The position numbers and the translations under genes are program-made. A stretch of 63,192 bases of DNA, filler included, from Globobulimina sp. (Eukaryota): the NCBI GenBank assembly GCA_003354225.1. It is 40 parts of 40 records of this genome, joined end to end, with 100 filler letters (N's around TTAATTAATTAA, not from the genome) between each part and the next. Parts side by side here need not be neighbours in the genome. Positions count along the whole stretch, not along the records: positions 37,990 to 39,471 come from PIVH01015982.1; positions 39,572 to 41,053 come from PIVH01015983.1; positions 41,154 to 42,635 come from PIVH01015984.1; positions 42,736 to 44,217 come from PIVH01015985.1; positions 44,318 to 45,799 come from PIVH01015986.1; positions 45,900 to 47,381 come from PIVH01015987.1; positions 47,482 to 48,963 come from PIVH01015988.1; positions 49,064 to 50,544 come from PIVH01015989.1; 32 more parts are not named here. The stretch is one strand, 5' to 3'. Below are positions 37,990 to 50,654 of this stretch, one piece after another. Positions within the stretch are counted from its first letter, which is position 1, and the number at the start of each line of letters is the position of its first letter. The notes beneath the pieces were generated by a model. That model was given only the letters and a program-made list of their open reading frames with translations. It did not search any database and was not told where the DNA came from.

Positions 37990-38704
37990 CATGGCTATAT
38001 CTATATAACGCAGCAATTCTTTTTCTTTTTGTTTCTTCATTCATACAATCACCATAATATTCATCTTTTGTGGTATAATGAAAATCCAATTCTTGCAAGA
38101 CTTGTAATATCACAGAATATTCTAAATCGATATTCCACTTTCTTTTCATCTCCGCATAAACATCACTTATAACAAATCCTGTAATGTCAGCTACAGTTGC
38201 GCCAATCGCCAAGTCAATGATTGCTTCGATATGATTTTGATTCATTTCTTCGACTTTTGTTATTCTTCCTGATAAGTTTATAGGCCCTCTCTTATCGGAT
38301 GGTGGTTTTGAAGATCCGAATGTTTTATAATTATTCCATATTCTGTTATATGTATTTCGATGACCACCACACCAACCAATCACAATATCTATTGCTTTGT
38401 TGGTAGTAATATTTTGTTCATTGGCTAGCCCAGCAATAACTTGAACAATTATATTACATTCATCTTGTGTTCTTTCTCTGCCAGTATGATTTGCTAGGGC
38501 TTTCTTTATCTTAGCTGCTTCCTCTTTATTAACATATTGCCCTTTCAATTGTGCTGATCTTAAGCCCCTTGCTTTTTGTGTTTGTTGCTGAAATGATTTT
38601 TTGGGGGGACGACCTTGCACTTTAGGTTTTTTTCTTGGAGGTTCATTTTCTTTATCTTTAGCATTGCCTTTATATTCAACCCTTGGTATTTTATTTGGTT
38701 GCAT
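37990..38704 (-). mobile_element. Possible IS630/Tc1-like transposase N-terminal HTH region
   Basis: IWNNYKTFG..KRG, then MKRKWNIDLEYSVILQVLQELDFHY resembles a winged HTH. The DDE domain would lie beyond the contig end. Confidence 0.4.
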
Positions 38705-39754
38705 TTGCTGCTTTTCCTTGCTGGCAGAAATAATTAAAAAAATAGAAATGTTATTTGTTGAGGAAATATCAAAAAAATTGGTTGCTTTTAAGCGTTTGGA
38801 TGAAAATACGAAATCAAAAACATTGGTTGAATTAGCGAACCAAATACAAATTAAATAAATTCATCAAATCAATCAATATGACATTGCACACAAAAATTAT
38901 TTCAAGCACAAACAAATTCGCGTACAGATATTTAAAATGTAAATGTGTATTGTATGAGTTTAAATGAATTTGGATGGTTTTTGATGGATTTACATTGTTC
39001 TCTGTTATATTGATGCATAAAAATGACTAAAATCACATAATTTTATAATAGTTTGATGTGTTAAATATGTTTGTATTATAATTTTTTGGTTTGATATGGA
39101 TTTTGCGTTGAATTCCTCCCCAAATACCACGTTTAAGTTGAATAAATTCATTTTTCTGTGATTTACTAATCTAAAAAGGGCGAAACTAGCCCATAATGAT
39201 GACGCCGTAGCGACAAACCATTGACATAAAATGCTATTTTTTTCTGTTTGATGTTTTAATCGTATTTTAATGTCCATTTTGCGATATTCGCGGTCTTCAT
39301 ATCTTGTCTCAATTTTGCAGATTAAATCGCTCTTTGTGGGTTGGTTGGAGTTGTCCATGATTTTGCGAGATGACTGTAACGATGCTGAATAGCTAAATAA
39401 CGAATTAAACCTGATATATAACATTATAATAATCCAAATAATGATAATCATCCAAAAAATTGGCTTCGACANNNNNNNNNNNNNNNNNNNNNNNNNNNNN
39501 NNNNNNNNNNNNNNNTTAATTAATTAANNNNNNNNNNNNNNNNNNNNNNNNNNNNNNNNNNNNNNNNNNNNGAGATTGAAAAACATAATCCATGGATTCA
39601 ACAATTTAGGAATTTTTATGAGGATAACAAGAATAAGAAAACAAACAACATTTCATTGATTATAGAAAAGAATTGATTATGATGGTGTAACTGCAAATCA
39701 AATTGAAAAAATATTACAAAATGTTATTGTATGTCGTTTGATTAATGGATCCAA

Positions 39755-40080
39755 ATGTCGTTATCATTTATTCATCGTATTCCGTTGAATCAGGATTCTG
39801 ATAAATTATTTATGCCTTTTCAACGTGTCCAGTATCACATCAAATTGGCATTTGCTAATACTTGCAACAAGTCGCAAGGCCAGGCGTTATTATGTTTATA
39901 TTTGCCTATTCCTGTGTTTAGTCATGGCCAGTTTTATGTTTCATTATCCAGACCTGATAATCCAGATGGGTTAAAAATATTAGTTGAAAATACTCCAAAA
40001 CAAGGAACCTTTGATGGCTATGAAGGGGTATATACGAAAAATACTGTCAAACGACAAGCATTGAATAAGTATACCGATGA
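39755..40080 (+). pseudogene. Degraded Helitron-type PIF1 helicase C-terminus
   Basis: RIPL..FQRVQYHIKLAFANTCNKSQGQ..LYLPIPVFSHGQFYVSLSR; a short deletion follows QGQ. Confidence 0.82.
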
Positions 40081-40512
40081 TTCAAATCGACATGGTGATT
40101 CAATCCACACAGTAAACTCATGTACGGTGAAGATATTAACACTGTTAATGATGATGAATATGAAGAAAGTTCCGATGATTTGTTTGATATTCTCATGTAA
40201 GCATTTTTAATTTATTGTGTTTTATCATGATTGTATGGAGAAAATTGAAAACTTTGTTTTAGTGACTTCAAATCAACATCTTTACACCAACAGGAATATC
40301 TAGTTTTATATATTTCCCCATCAGGATCATTATAGTAATATTATTATTATTATAATTATATTGCAGTTGCTAGATTGCTGTTTAAAAGCTAATGACGCCC
40401 TCTTCGATAAGAAATTTTCGTTAAGCGGGGAAAATTAAAGTGAATTTAGTTAAAAACCCAATATTATTTTACTTTTAATATTGTCAGTAGTTTTGTTCCA
40501 ACCTCTTGCACA

Positions 40513-40790
40513 TTACTCGATGTCCTTTCTTCCATGATGTTTTTTGGATATTCTCCAATAATATACCATTTTGCATCCTTTACATAGTTTAAGTGAGTTA
40601 CAGTGCCATTGCTTGTTACAATTATACCAACCACATCCCTTTACTCCTTTCCATAGGCTGGCATGTCTGACAAATGCCTTGCAACCTTTCATTGAGATTT
40701 TCGTCCAAACCCGTATTGGATCAATTGAATTTTTCTTCAACTTTTTACTACATACTCCGTCCTGTTATATTATACATACTAACACCAACA
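40513..40790 (-). pseudogene. MYND-like zinc finger, degenerate
   Basis: CGWYNC..LKLCKGCKMVYY, after which the consensus is lost. Confidence 0.5.
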
Positions 40791-41153
40791 CGCTTTTCAT
40801 CCTGTTCTAAGATAGACGATACAGTCCACATTCTAAAAAAAGAATGATTTGTTGCGAATTCCAACGTTTTATAGCTCGATATAAACGCCCACGGGAAGAA
40901 TTCCAACGCCCACGGGAAGAATAAACCGAATGTTATCAAATAACCAAACTGAATGACAAACTCATTCAACGGCTTTTGAATGCCTTCCAGCTCCGCATCG
41001 CTCTCATAATTATATAATAAGTATTCGTTTGCGGTGAGTTCGGGTTTGCGCGANNNNNNNNNNNNNNNNNNNNNNNNNNNNNNNNNNNNNNNNNNNNTTA
41101 ATTAATTAANNNNNNNNNNNNNNNNNNNNNNNNNNNNNNNNNNNNNNNNNNNN

Positions 41154-42635
41154 AAAAACAATACCAACTACAGACCGCAACAAAGCCATAATCAGAAAAA
41201 TGAGATTATTACAGTGAAAATCCCATTGCAGCAATCCAAATTCAAGCGTGATACTTTGCCGCTGCATCAACAAAAAGTATTCCATATCAATGATAAATTT
41301 AAAGTAACCAATGATGAGTCCATAATGGTTACCTTTACGGACGTTGTCACCGCCCCGAAAGTGCCACCAGTTTGGCATAATATAGAGGCGGAATATAATA
41401 TTAATGTGATTAGAAAGAATGGTATTTTGTTCTATAAACAAGACTGGCAACATTACTATGATGAAAAGGAGAATAGAAACGAATCCGGATATATCGAACC
41501 TGCAATGCCTCAGTCGACGGCAAATACGTATACCAGAGGCGACACATTCTTCCCTGCGATGCTCGTTCGCCATCCCGAATCATTAAAGAGTACTCAATAT
41601 CCATTACCGCGAAGACCCCGTTATAAACAGCAGCGACGTGAGAAAAAAAAGGAAAATACAAATCAATCGCAACCAAACAGAAAAGCCGAAATAATTGCGG
41701 ATCAAATAAAAAATATAAAGAGAACCAGCGCCTGTATTGATTATGAAATAAAGAATGAAGAAATATGGGATAAAAGATTTGAGAAAATAGATTTAGAAAA
41801 AGAGGCGGCGAATTTAAATGATTTTAAAGAACTATGGCGATTAGAAAATGATTGTAATATTAGTAACGTTCAAGTTTCATCCAATTCGCTCAATATTTAT
41901 TCCCCGACGTATAAATTCCAGAATTTAATCAGTGGAAAGAACCCCGACTATAATAAAGCGATTCAGATAATTTATCAAAATGCCAGCACAGAACATCCAA
42001 TCCATAGATTAGTAATTCGCCATTTGATCCCTTCGACGATTATATTAAATGATAAAAGAATGTTACACTTGGACCCCATCGTCGGCTCCACCACAGAGTC
42101 AATTTTAATGGATCTTGATTGGGATATTCCGTTCCCGCGATTTGAATATAATGATATTGAAATAAATTATATTAAAAAAAGTTTAATTTGGCGACCAGTC
42201 AATATGTGTTTATTTAATATACCATTAACAATTTTGAATAATAATTCATTGCAGCGAATTATTACCGATACAATCAAGAATAATATTCATTCGACGTTTA
42301 TTTTATACACAGTCAAAAGTGCGATGTTATACGATTATGATATGCTGAAAATTGATTATGTGCCGTTATTAATTGAATTGATCAAACCATATCAAATACA
42401 ATCAGAACGCCTCAAATTAGCTCGAAATGAGTTAAATAAACAAAGATCACGTCCAAGTCCGATGAATGAAGATATAAACAATAAACCGGAGGCATTAAGT
42501 GATGACTCAGCAAATTCCGAATTATGGTTCGATGAATTATCAAATGAAATTAATACGCAATGCGATGATATCCTGAAATTAATTAGAAAATATGCAGTGA
42601 AAGCAGAAGATGTGAAATTTACGAACGTAATTAAA
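41154..42635 (+). CDS. Long intronless hypothetical protein
   Basis: Frame open from about 41214 to the contig end; no family recognised. Confidence 0.6.
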
Positions 42636-42735
42636 NNNNNNNNNNNNNNNNNNNNNNNNNNNNNNNNNNNNNNNNNNNNTTAATTAATTAANNNNNNNNN
42701 NNNNNNNNNNNNNNNNNNNNNNNNNNNNNNNNNNN

Positions 42736-43360
42736 TAAAACCTGCAGATTTAACAAATGGATTTACAAATCCTGATTTTTATACCGATAAAAGTGATGGT
42801 TCTATGACATTTTATGTGGAAGGTCAAGATTGTACCACTGGCGGCTCTAAGTATCCTCGCTCAGAACTGCGACAATTCTGTGATCCATCAAAAGGAAGTG
42901 GCTATAATTGGCATCCCAATTCGTATGATGGTATATTGAACGGAACGTACCAAGTACGGGAGAGTGAAATCAATGGCGACGATGCAAAAGCCACCATTCA
43001 ACAAATCAAAGGTGTGACTGGTGGCGAATTAATATTTACGTACTGGGAACTGGATGATAAGAAAGGTAATGTTTATATTGTATATCATAACGATACTTCT
43101 GGCAAAGGAGGATATAAAACAGCGGCAATCAATGTGGATTATAATAAGTTTACCATTCATATGATTGTGAAAAATAAAGCAATCACAATTTATGTTAATA
43201 ATTCATTGAAAGTTCATGTTCCAAATGCGGATTTTTGGGCAATGAATGCTGTTATTTTAAATCTGGTGATTATCTTCAAACAAATGTTGCAAAGCATTAT
43301 GTTAAAGTACATATTTATGATTTGAAAGTCACACAGAATTCTGGATGTGCCGCGTGTTAA
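42736..43360 (+). CDS. Polysaccharide lyase family 7 (alginate lyase 2-like), frameshift near 43238
   Basis: FYTD..GSMTF, SKYPRSELRQ, QQIKG and, in the shifted frame, YFKSGDYLQ. Confidence 0.85.
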
Positions 43361-44317
43361 TATATTATTGTAAATTATTATAGTTTATTATAATAATTGA
43401 GGCCATTATTATCTTTTAAGTTTTTTTGATTACATACAAAAAACAGGAATTTCTGAAATAATCCAGGAAATATTCTGACTATTAAGTTAATTTTTATTTC
43501 AGATGTGCTAATACTATTGTTTCTGAAATAAAAACTTATTTTTCTGAATATAATGTTATATATTGTATACAGTTATATATTTCCATTTGGCTTTTTGCTT
43601 ACTATGAAATGGTCGATGGTTTCACAAAAGCTTTACTTAAATGGTCGATGGTTTCACAAAAAAAATTTTTTTGATTTTTATCATTGTACCATTCTCCTAT
43701 CATTACCATGTGGTAAATAATAGGACTATTTTTTGTTTGTGTATCTATAGAGTGTTATTGTATTATTTTGTGGTGTTTCTATATATGTTTTCTTTTAACA
43801 AAAATATCCTATGTTTTATTCAAAATTTATTGATTGTTTGATCAATTTAACATTTTTGTCTTTTATTTTTCTAAATATTTTGGTTAAAAACGTTTTGATT
43901 TTTTTAAAAATTGTTTGAATCTGTGATGATTTGTTTGTAGGATGTTATAGTTTTGATTTTATGCGAAACATCCTAATATTTTATTTTTTGATCCGTCCGG
44001 GTTCTAACTTTTGTGATTATTTAATTTCTTTTATTTTATTTTTTGAGTGGATTCTATTTTTTAGTGTGAACTTTAGTGTTTTTATTAATTAATTTACCAA
44101 ACTCAAATATTTACGTGTTCTCAAAGGTCATTGTTTAGACCGAGACGTTAACAGCAAACTTCATATCAAGACTTCATTGATTTCCTTCTCAATATCAGTC
44201 TAAAAATTCTATTCAATNNNNNNNNNNNNNNNNNNNNNNNNNNNNNNNNNNNNNNNNNNNNTTAATTAATTAANNNNNNNNNNNNNNNNNNNNNNNNNNN
44301 NNNNNNNNNNNNNNNNN

Positions 44318-45799
44318 TGTTGAGTTATGTATTTGAGAGGAATAGTTTTATTGGTTTGTTGTAGTATATTTGCTGGAGTTGATATTCTGTATGAAAGCTC
44401 AAACGAATTGTAGAACCAATCATAATTTTCAGACAAAGTGTATGTTATCGATGATGGCAATGAAGCTAAGCGGATGGATACATTGTTGATATATTGGCAT
44501 AAGCTGTTAAGATATGCGGGGATTGGCATGGTTTGAGATTCCATTAATGGAACAACCGATGTTGTGTCAACAAATAATAAATTATTTAATGTATTCTCTC
44601 TCGATTTACATATCTATATAAAATGTATATTAATCACAAACAAAATTAAAATATAGAAAACTGTATTTTATCTTAGCTGTTTGTGGCATTTCCGCTAAAT
44701 TTAAACTCTTCATCATCTCATTAAATTGTTTGGTATTATCCCAGGTTATATACGCATTGTCATCAAAGGAGATATAGGCAGAGAATCTGCGTTGAAACCA
44801 ATCGATCAATGAATTATACGCGTTTAGATGCAACGAATGCGTCGGGAAATACTTCTTGATTTCAGACAAATAGATTCCATCCGCATTCATTGAGATTATA
44901 TTTTGCAAAATTAACTCTGTAGAAACATTACTTTTGATATCCATGCCATCATCATGTTGATTCAATGCATAATGAAATATATTTGAATGTTTATCGCGTT
45001 CGACATTGACCAGGGACAAACATTTTGGATCAAATAATATTTCATTTAACAATTGCTGCTCATTTTGAAAGGGTAACACATCCCTCATATTAGCAAATGT
45101 AATCGATTGTTGTTGGGTGTATTCAGGCAGTAATTCTAATAACTTATCATTCCATTTCAGAGATTGTTTGTCTGTCCTATCCGCCTCAAACAATGTCATA
45201 ATTCTCTTGATTCGGTGCTGTCAAACAAACAAAAAAGTTAAAAAAAACAATGAACTCAAAGCATTGTCTAACAGAAAAATACCAAGTTTTCATCATTGGT
45301 GTCTTGATTGGACATTGCCAATAAATGTTGAAACACAGATAATTGTCTGTTATCTATGGTTATGGGAAGAATATCATAACCCAAATATTTTGAACATAAA
45401 CGATGGACCATTGCATCCAATATTTGCTTCATTCGTTGTGATGGTATTCCAGCAGTAGTTGGCAAAGGAAATAATTTCAAATAAAGGCCAGTTAAATTTC
45501 TATGCAATGTAGATACAATATTTACTTCCGGAATACTTGAATCGTATGGATCTATGTCATCTTTATTCAGCAATTTACATTCTGTTTCTTCACCAAATTT
45601 GCTCAGGTTTAAATAGGATATTTTGGATAAATAGTCGATTGGTAAAGGAATATGATAATAGTATGCCGGCATTGAGTCAATTAATAATGTTTCTGGGTTT
45701 ATATTTAATCCTAATTTATTTAAATAGCTATAAATATCCAATTGAACACAGGCATGGACATATATTTTGGAATACAAATCTTGAAATTGATTCAAATGA
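44318..45799 (-). CDS. Multi-exon hypothetical protein, possible OST-HTH/LOTUS-like segment
   Basis: Three co-oriented ORFs; ILQNII..DGIYLSEIKKYF..YNSLIDWF is LOTUS-like. Confidence 0.45.
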
Positions 45800-46044
45800 N
45801 NNNNNNNNNNNNNNNNNNNNNNNNNNNNNNNNNNNNNNNNNNNTTAATTAATTAANNNNNNNNNNNNNNNNNNNNNNNNNNNNNNNNNNNNNNNNNNNNC
45901 TTCCAGCCTAAATCTGATGTTTCTTTGGCTGTTTCTGTCTTCATTTCCGCAAAGTTTCGCACCGGAAGTGAATGTTGTTCCATGCTGACTTAATTAAAGT
46001 TTTTGATAAAAAAAAAACTATTCCAATCTGGCTCACACAGTTAA

Positions 46045-46878
46045 ATGAGTGGCAGAGCACCACCCACAGCAAATAATCGTCGTCGGTTTATTTACACTCA
46101 AACTGATCAACGGCGTTGGTTCACCATCGGCGCATTGCTTCTAACATCCGCAGCAACTTTGGGATATTTATACGGACAATACTCAGAAAAACATAACAAA
46201 CAGGAAATAAAACAGACATTGCCATTAAATAAGAGTCTTAACGATGATAATAATACAAATATAATCAAAAATAAAAATAAAATTAATAATTGTGATGCCA
46301 TTGAATATGAGCGAGATTATAGGATTTTAGTATATGGTGACAGTACAACATGGGGCTATAACCCAGACACACAAAATAGACTACAATCCACGCAAAGATA
46401 CCCATGCATCTTACAACAGCTATTAAACAACAACAACAGACACGAAATAGAGGTCATAAGTGAAGGTTTGAATGGTCGCACCATAAATCATCAAGACTTG
46501 CACGGGAATGTGAAAAATGAGCGCCGTAAACTATCCATGGATGGAACAGCGCAAATATTACCAATTTTATATTCACATAAACAGATTGATATTTTAGTCA
46601 TAATGTTGGGCATAAATGACTGTAAAGCAAAGTTCAATCCGTCACCACATAAAATAGAATGTATAAATGCGGAGATATGGCCCATACAAATGGATGTTAT
46701 GTCGCATGGACCGGTTATAATATTAATATCGCCGCCGTCTGTCACTGCAATAAACGAAATAAATCAAGGCTGGACGTTTAATAATTTATCTATAATTGTA
46801 TCAAAATCGTTGCATAGAAATTATGCGAAAATTAAACATAAATTTAATAAAAACTGGTTCAGATTCTATGCATATTGA
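46045..46878 (+). CDS. SGNH/GDSL hydrolase with N-terminal TM helix
   Basis: ILVYGDSTTWG, EGLNGRT, IMLGINDCK and ILISPP; the DxxH block is not seen. Confidence 0.88.
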   Translation: MSGRAPPTANNRRRFIYTQTDQRRWFTIGALLLTSAATLGYLYGQYSEKHNKQEIKQTLPLNKSLNDDNNTNIIKNKNKINNCDAIEYERDYRILVYGDSTTWGYNPDTQNRLQSTQRYPCILQQLLNNNNRHEIEVISEGLNGRTINHQDLHGNVKNERRKLSMDGTAQILPILYSHKQIDILVIMLGINDCKAKFNPSPHKIECINAEIWPIQMDVMSHGPVIILISPPSVTAINEINQGWTFNNLSIIVSKSLHRNYAKIKHKFNKNWFRFYAY

Positions 46879-47904
46879 TGCCAAAAATAATAAGAAATTG
46901 GCATGTTTTATATAAGAAAGTATGTGAAATTATAGATAAATTTCAAATAAAATCAATTGACGGATATTAATATTTTCGTCTTCATTGACAATGGTCGATC
47001 GAGTCATTGCTGCAGCGCATACAATGAGGCACAAATTTCATTAAAATGCATACAAGAATTTGCGCCATGATAAAAATAATCCACACTGCCATAGAATCGT
47101 CGATTAATAAATACCAACTTTGCATAATAACATGTCTTTGTCTTAACGCGAGGTGTCCATTCCCGTCATACTTACTTACAAGTGAAGCAGTCAAATGTTA
47201 GTGAAAATAGAAAATTTAAATGTTGATTCATTAAATTAACTAAAAGCAAAAACTCTAATGGTAACTCTGAACCTTGTATTTTTTGTGAGTGTTCTGCACT
47301 GTAATTATGCACCATCTTCACCAACAACACAGAGTAGATTGATATCCTTACTCGATGAACCTTTTATTTTATTGGAAAATANNNNNNNNNNNNNNNNNNN
47401 NNNNNNNNNNNNNNNNNNNNNNNNNTTAATTAATTAANNNNNNNNNNNNNNNNNNNNNNNNNNNNNNNNNNNNNNNNNNNNTTAAATTATGAAAAATTTG
47501 ACAAGTGAAAACATTTGGGCCATGGAGGAGTTAGCGGTACTGTCAAATTGTCAAATCGTTTTTGTCAAATTGTCAAAAAAATAGGGGACCAAACCCTTAA
47601 GGTATAGAAATTTATACATATTATTTGCTATGTAATCAACACAAAATACATAATATAAAACCAGACCATTATCGTACGCACAGACTGATTGTTTTATTAT
47701 CATGTATTCCATCACAAGTCGGTCTTCATTCGAAAACATAGCAACATGTTGGATCCCAGGTACCTTATAACTGTCCTTACAATTTGTCAACACATTAAAC
47801 AAAAAAGAGATTGGCCATCATTGTGCTCCGGTCAATCAAATGCCTGTCAGTTAAGTGCCCATTTGGAATATCTCAGATTTGCATAACCAAATCATACCAA
47901 CACA

Positions 47905-48963
47905 GTTATAGTTGGCAACAAATGTGATTTAACCGAACAGCGTGCAGTACCAACCCAAGAAGCAATCGATTTGGCCAAGCAAATGGGAGTCTGTTTTATC
48001 GAAATCTCTGCCTTGACCCAGCATAATTTAAAATTACTATTCGATACAGTTATTCGCTATACATTGAATTTCCAATCAAAGGCCACACACAATCCCAGCA
48101 ACAATTGCTGTTTACGAATGTTTGGCTGTGGTGCTGCACACAAACAGGAGCTAGATATCGAGGGAAATATGCTCCCGAATGAACTAAAAATTGTGGTACT
48201 CGGCGGTGGCGGCGTTGGTAAAAGCGCATCAACCATAAAATTTGTGACAGGCAATTTCTTGGAAGAATATGATCCGACAATTGAGGATTCGTACACACGC
48301 AGTTACGTTATAGAAAAATTTGAAAAGCCCATAATTTTTGATATATTAGACACGGCCGGCCAGGTATTTGCATATTGTATCACTTATAGATTTATTGCAC
48401 GTCATCAGCATGCAATATATGTGTAAAATACAGGAGGATTACAGTTCGATGCAAGATCATTGGATGCGAGAAGGACAAGGATTTGTGGTTATGTATAGCA
48501 TTACGAGTCAGACTACATTCCATGAAGCTTTTTCTATGATAAATAAAATAGCAATGATCAAAGACGAAGACCACCGGAATATTCCCATTGTGCTAATTGG
48601 TAACAAATGTGATTTAGCAGAAGAACGGCAAGTGACACAGCAAGAGGCTGCAAATTACGCCAAATCACAAGAATTGAGGTTTTTTGAGACGTCTGCAAAA
48701 GAGAATATTAATATTAATCAAATGTTTGTGGAGTTAGCTGAACAATACGCGGAGAAACGCATTAAACTGAATACAGAGAATGGGAATATTGCAGCTGATG
48801 GATTTGCGAATAAAACTGTTGATGTTGTATTGGCAGTGTTTGGTTCTTATAAAACTGGCAAAAATTCATTGGTTTGTATTTGAAACAACGAATGTTTTTG
48901 CTTATATTCGTTGAAATATATACAGGTACAACGGTGGGTGGACGATAATAATCGTGGTACAGC
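47905..48963 (+). CDS. Protein with at least three tandem Ras-like GTPase domains (introns 48364-48433, 48872-48925)
   Basis: GNKCDL..EISA; then [36 protein letters not shown]; then [16 protein letters not shown]. Confidence 0.88.
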
Positions 48964-49929
48964 NNNNNNNNNNNNNNNNNNNNNNNNNNNNNNNNNNNNN
49001 NNNNNNNTTAATTAATTAANNNNNNNNNNNNNNNNNNNNNNNNNNNNNNNNNNNNNNNNNNNNTTTAGTATCTCCGTATTATGTACGCATTTAGTAATTA
49101 TTCTGAATTCACGTTCAGGCTCTCGCGAGCAATAAAAATCTAAATACCACAAACATACAAACAAAATGCCCGGTAAGTGTAGCTACCGTACTGGCTATAT
49201 GATCAGTACTGTTGAGGAAAAACACACACACAAACTCTACGAATACATAGAAAAACATCAACATTCAATCAGAGGTTACTTCAGACACATCCGAATCATA
49301 ATGCATAAATCTCTCCGCTGGAGAACCCTCAGAATGCCTGTACATAGATACAACACAATCAAATACCACATAATAAACACTTTTCCCAAACACATCCCGA
49401 CTCAGATTTAAAACTATTCCATATTCTGACCCAGGAATAGAAGAAATACCGTGTGAACAACTGCATGTTTACCACCGTGATCCAGCTGTCATAAAACAGA
49501 TACATGATTTTGTCAACGATTTTGATTACATTGATGGAGATGCCATAGTACAACAATCCATACGGCGCGACAAGTACCACATACGTTGGAGCGTGCCAGA
49601 GAATAAAACACCAAATGATATCATCTTACATTGGGAATCCATTCAACTGTTCAACTGCACAAACATACATCGCGTTAACCATTCCAACCAAATAAGTAAC
49701 ATGAAAAATAATGCCATTCTTTCATTAAACCAGATATTCAAACACGCATCTCCAACTATCGCTCCAACCATAAAAATCTGAAACGGTACAAAAAGTACCT
49801 TGTCCACAAAGTAATACAATCCCATTTAAATGATGCCCTCTTCAAAGTGGAAGATCTCCCAAATATCTATGCCATCTTCAAAGTGAAATTCCCATTCCTA
49901 CAAAACTATGCACCAAAAATTGAGCCAAT

Positions 49930-50052
49930 AATTGCCACCAAGATCTCCCTCAAAAATCTGTCTATTGGATTCCTAAACATAAATGGCAACACCAGATACA
50001 AAACACAACACGTCCACCCATACATGCAGCAGCTGGTTGTCCAACAACACAA
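49930..50052 (+). mobile_element. Possible N-terminus of a non-LTR APE endonuclease
   Basis: LSIGFLNINGN motif after a C/A-skewed degraded region. Confidence 0.35.
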
Positions 50053-50139
50053 ATGAATACTGCGAGAAAAATAGAAACTATTTTTTTGGGTGGAATGAAT
50101 ACGTTTATTATAGTTGGATGTGTTACTAATAATAATGAG

Positions 50140-50301
50140 ATGTCAAAGAGAAAATGGCTATGCACTCAGTGTAATTTACTTGATGCTGCCAAGAGCATGC
50201 AATGTCAAGCATGCTTCACCATGAAAAAAACACAAAATGATTATTACGTAAATACACAGCAATTTAAAAAGCGGAATAGATTCAATCCTATTTCCGAATA
50301 A
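50140..50301 (+). CDS. RanBP2-type zinc finger
   Basis: WLCTQCNLLDAAKSMQCQAC. Confidence 0.55.
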   Translation: MSKRKWLCTQCNLLDAAKSMQCQACFTMKKTQNDYYVNTQQFKKRNRFNPISE

Positions 50302-50654
50302 ATTAATATAAAAACTTCTTGAGACAGATATATATGCGCCACATAAAATAACTTCACTGCAACACTAAATACTCAAACAACCATGGGATGACAGCAGAAC
50401 AAAAAACGAAACTAAAAATAGTTGGTGCAGCATTGGTTTCCTCTTATTTTCTTTATAAAATTCATTCAATTGGTTGTTGGAAATACAAACAACAAAATCC
50501 ATCAGTTCCAATCCTATTTTATCAGCCTTTCATGGGAACACTGCNNNNNNNNNNNNNNNNNNNNNNNNNNNNNNNNNNNNNNNNNNNNTTAATTAATTAA
50601 NNNNNNNNNNNNNNNNNNNNNNNNNNNNNNNNNNNNNNNNNNNNATTTCTATCG

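Noticed and set aside
46950-47381. SWIM-like finger relic on the minus strand
   Set aside because: Multiple stops and an incomplete Cys/His pattern.
50388-50544. Cytochrome P450 N-terminus
   Set aside because: Only a TM helix and a Pro-rich stub before the contig end; not diagnostic.
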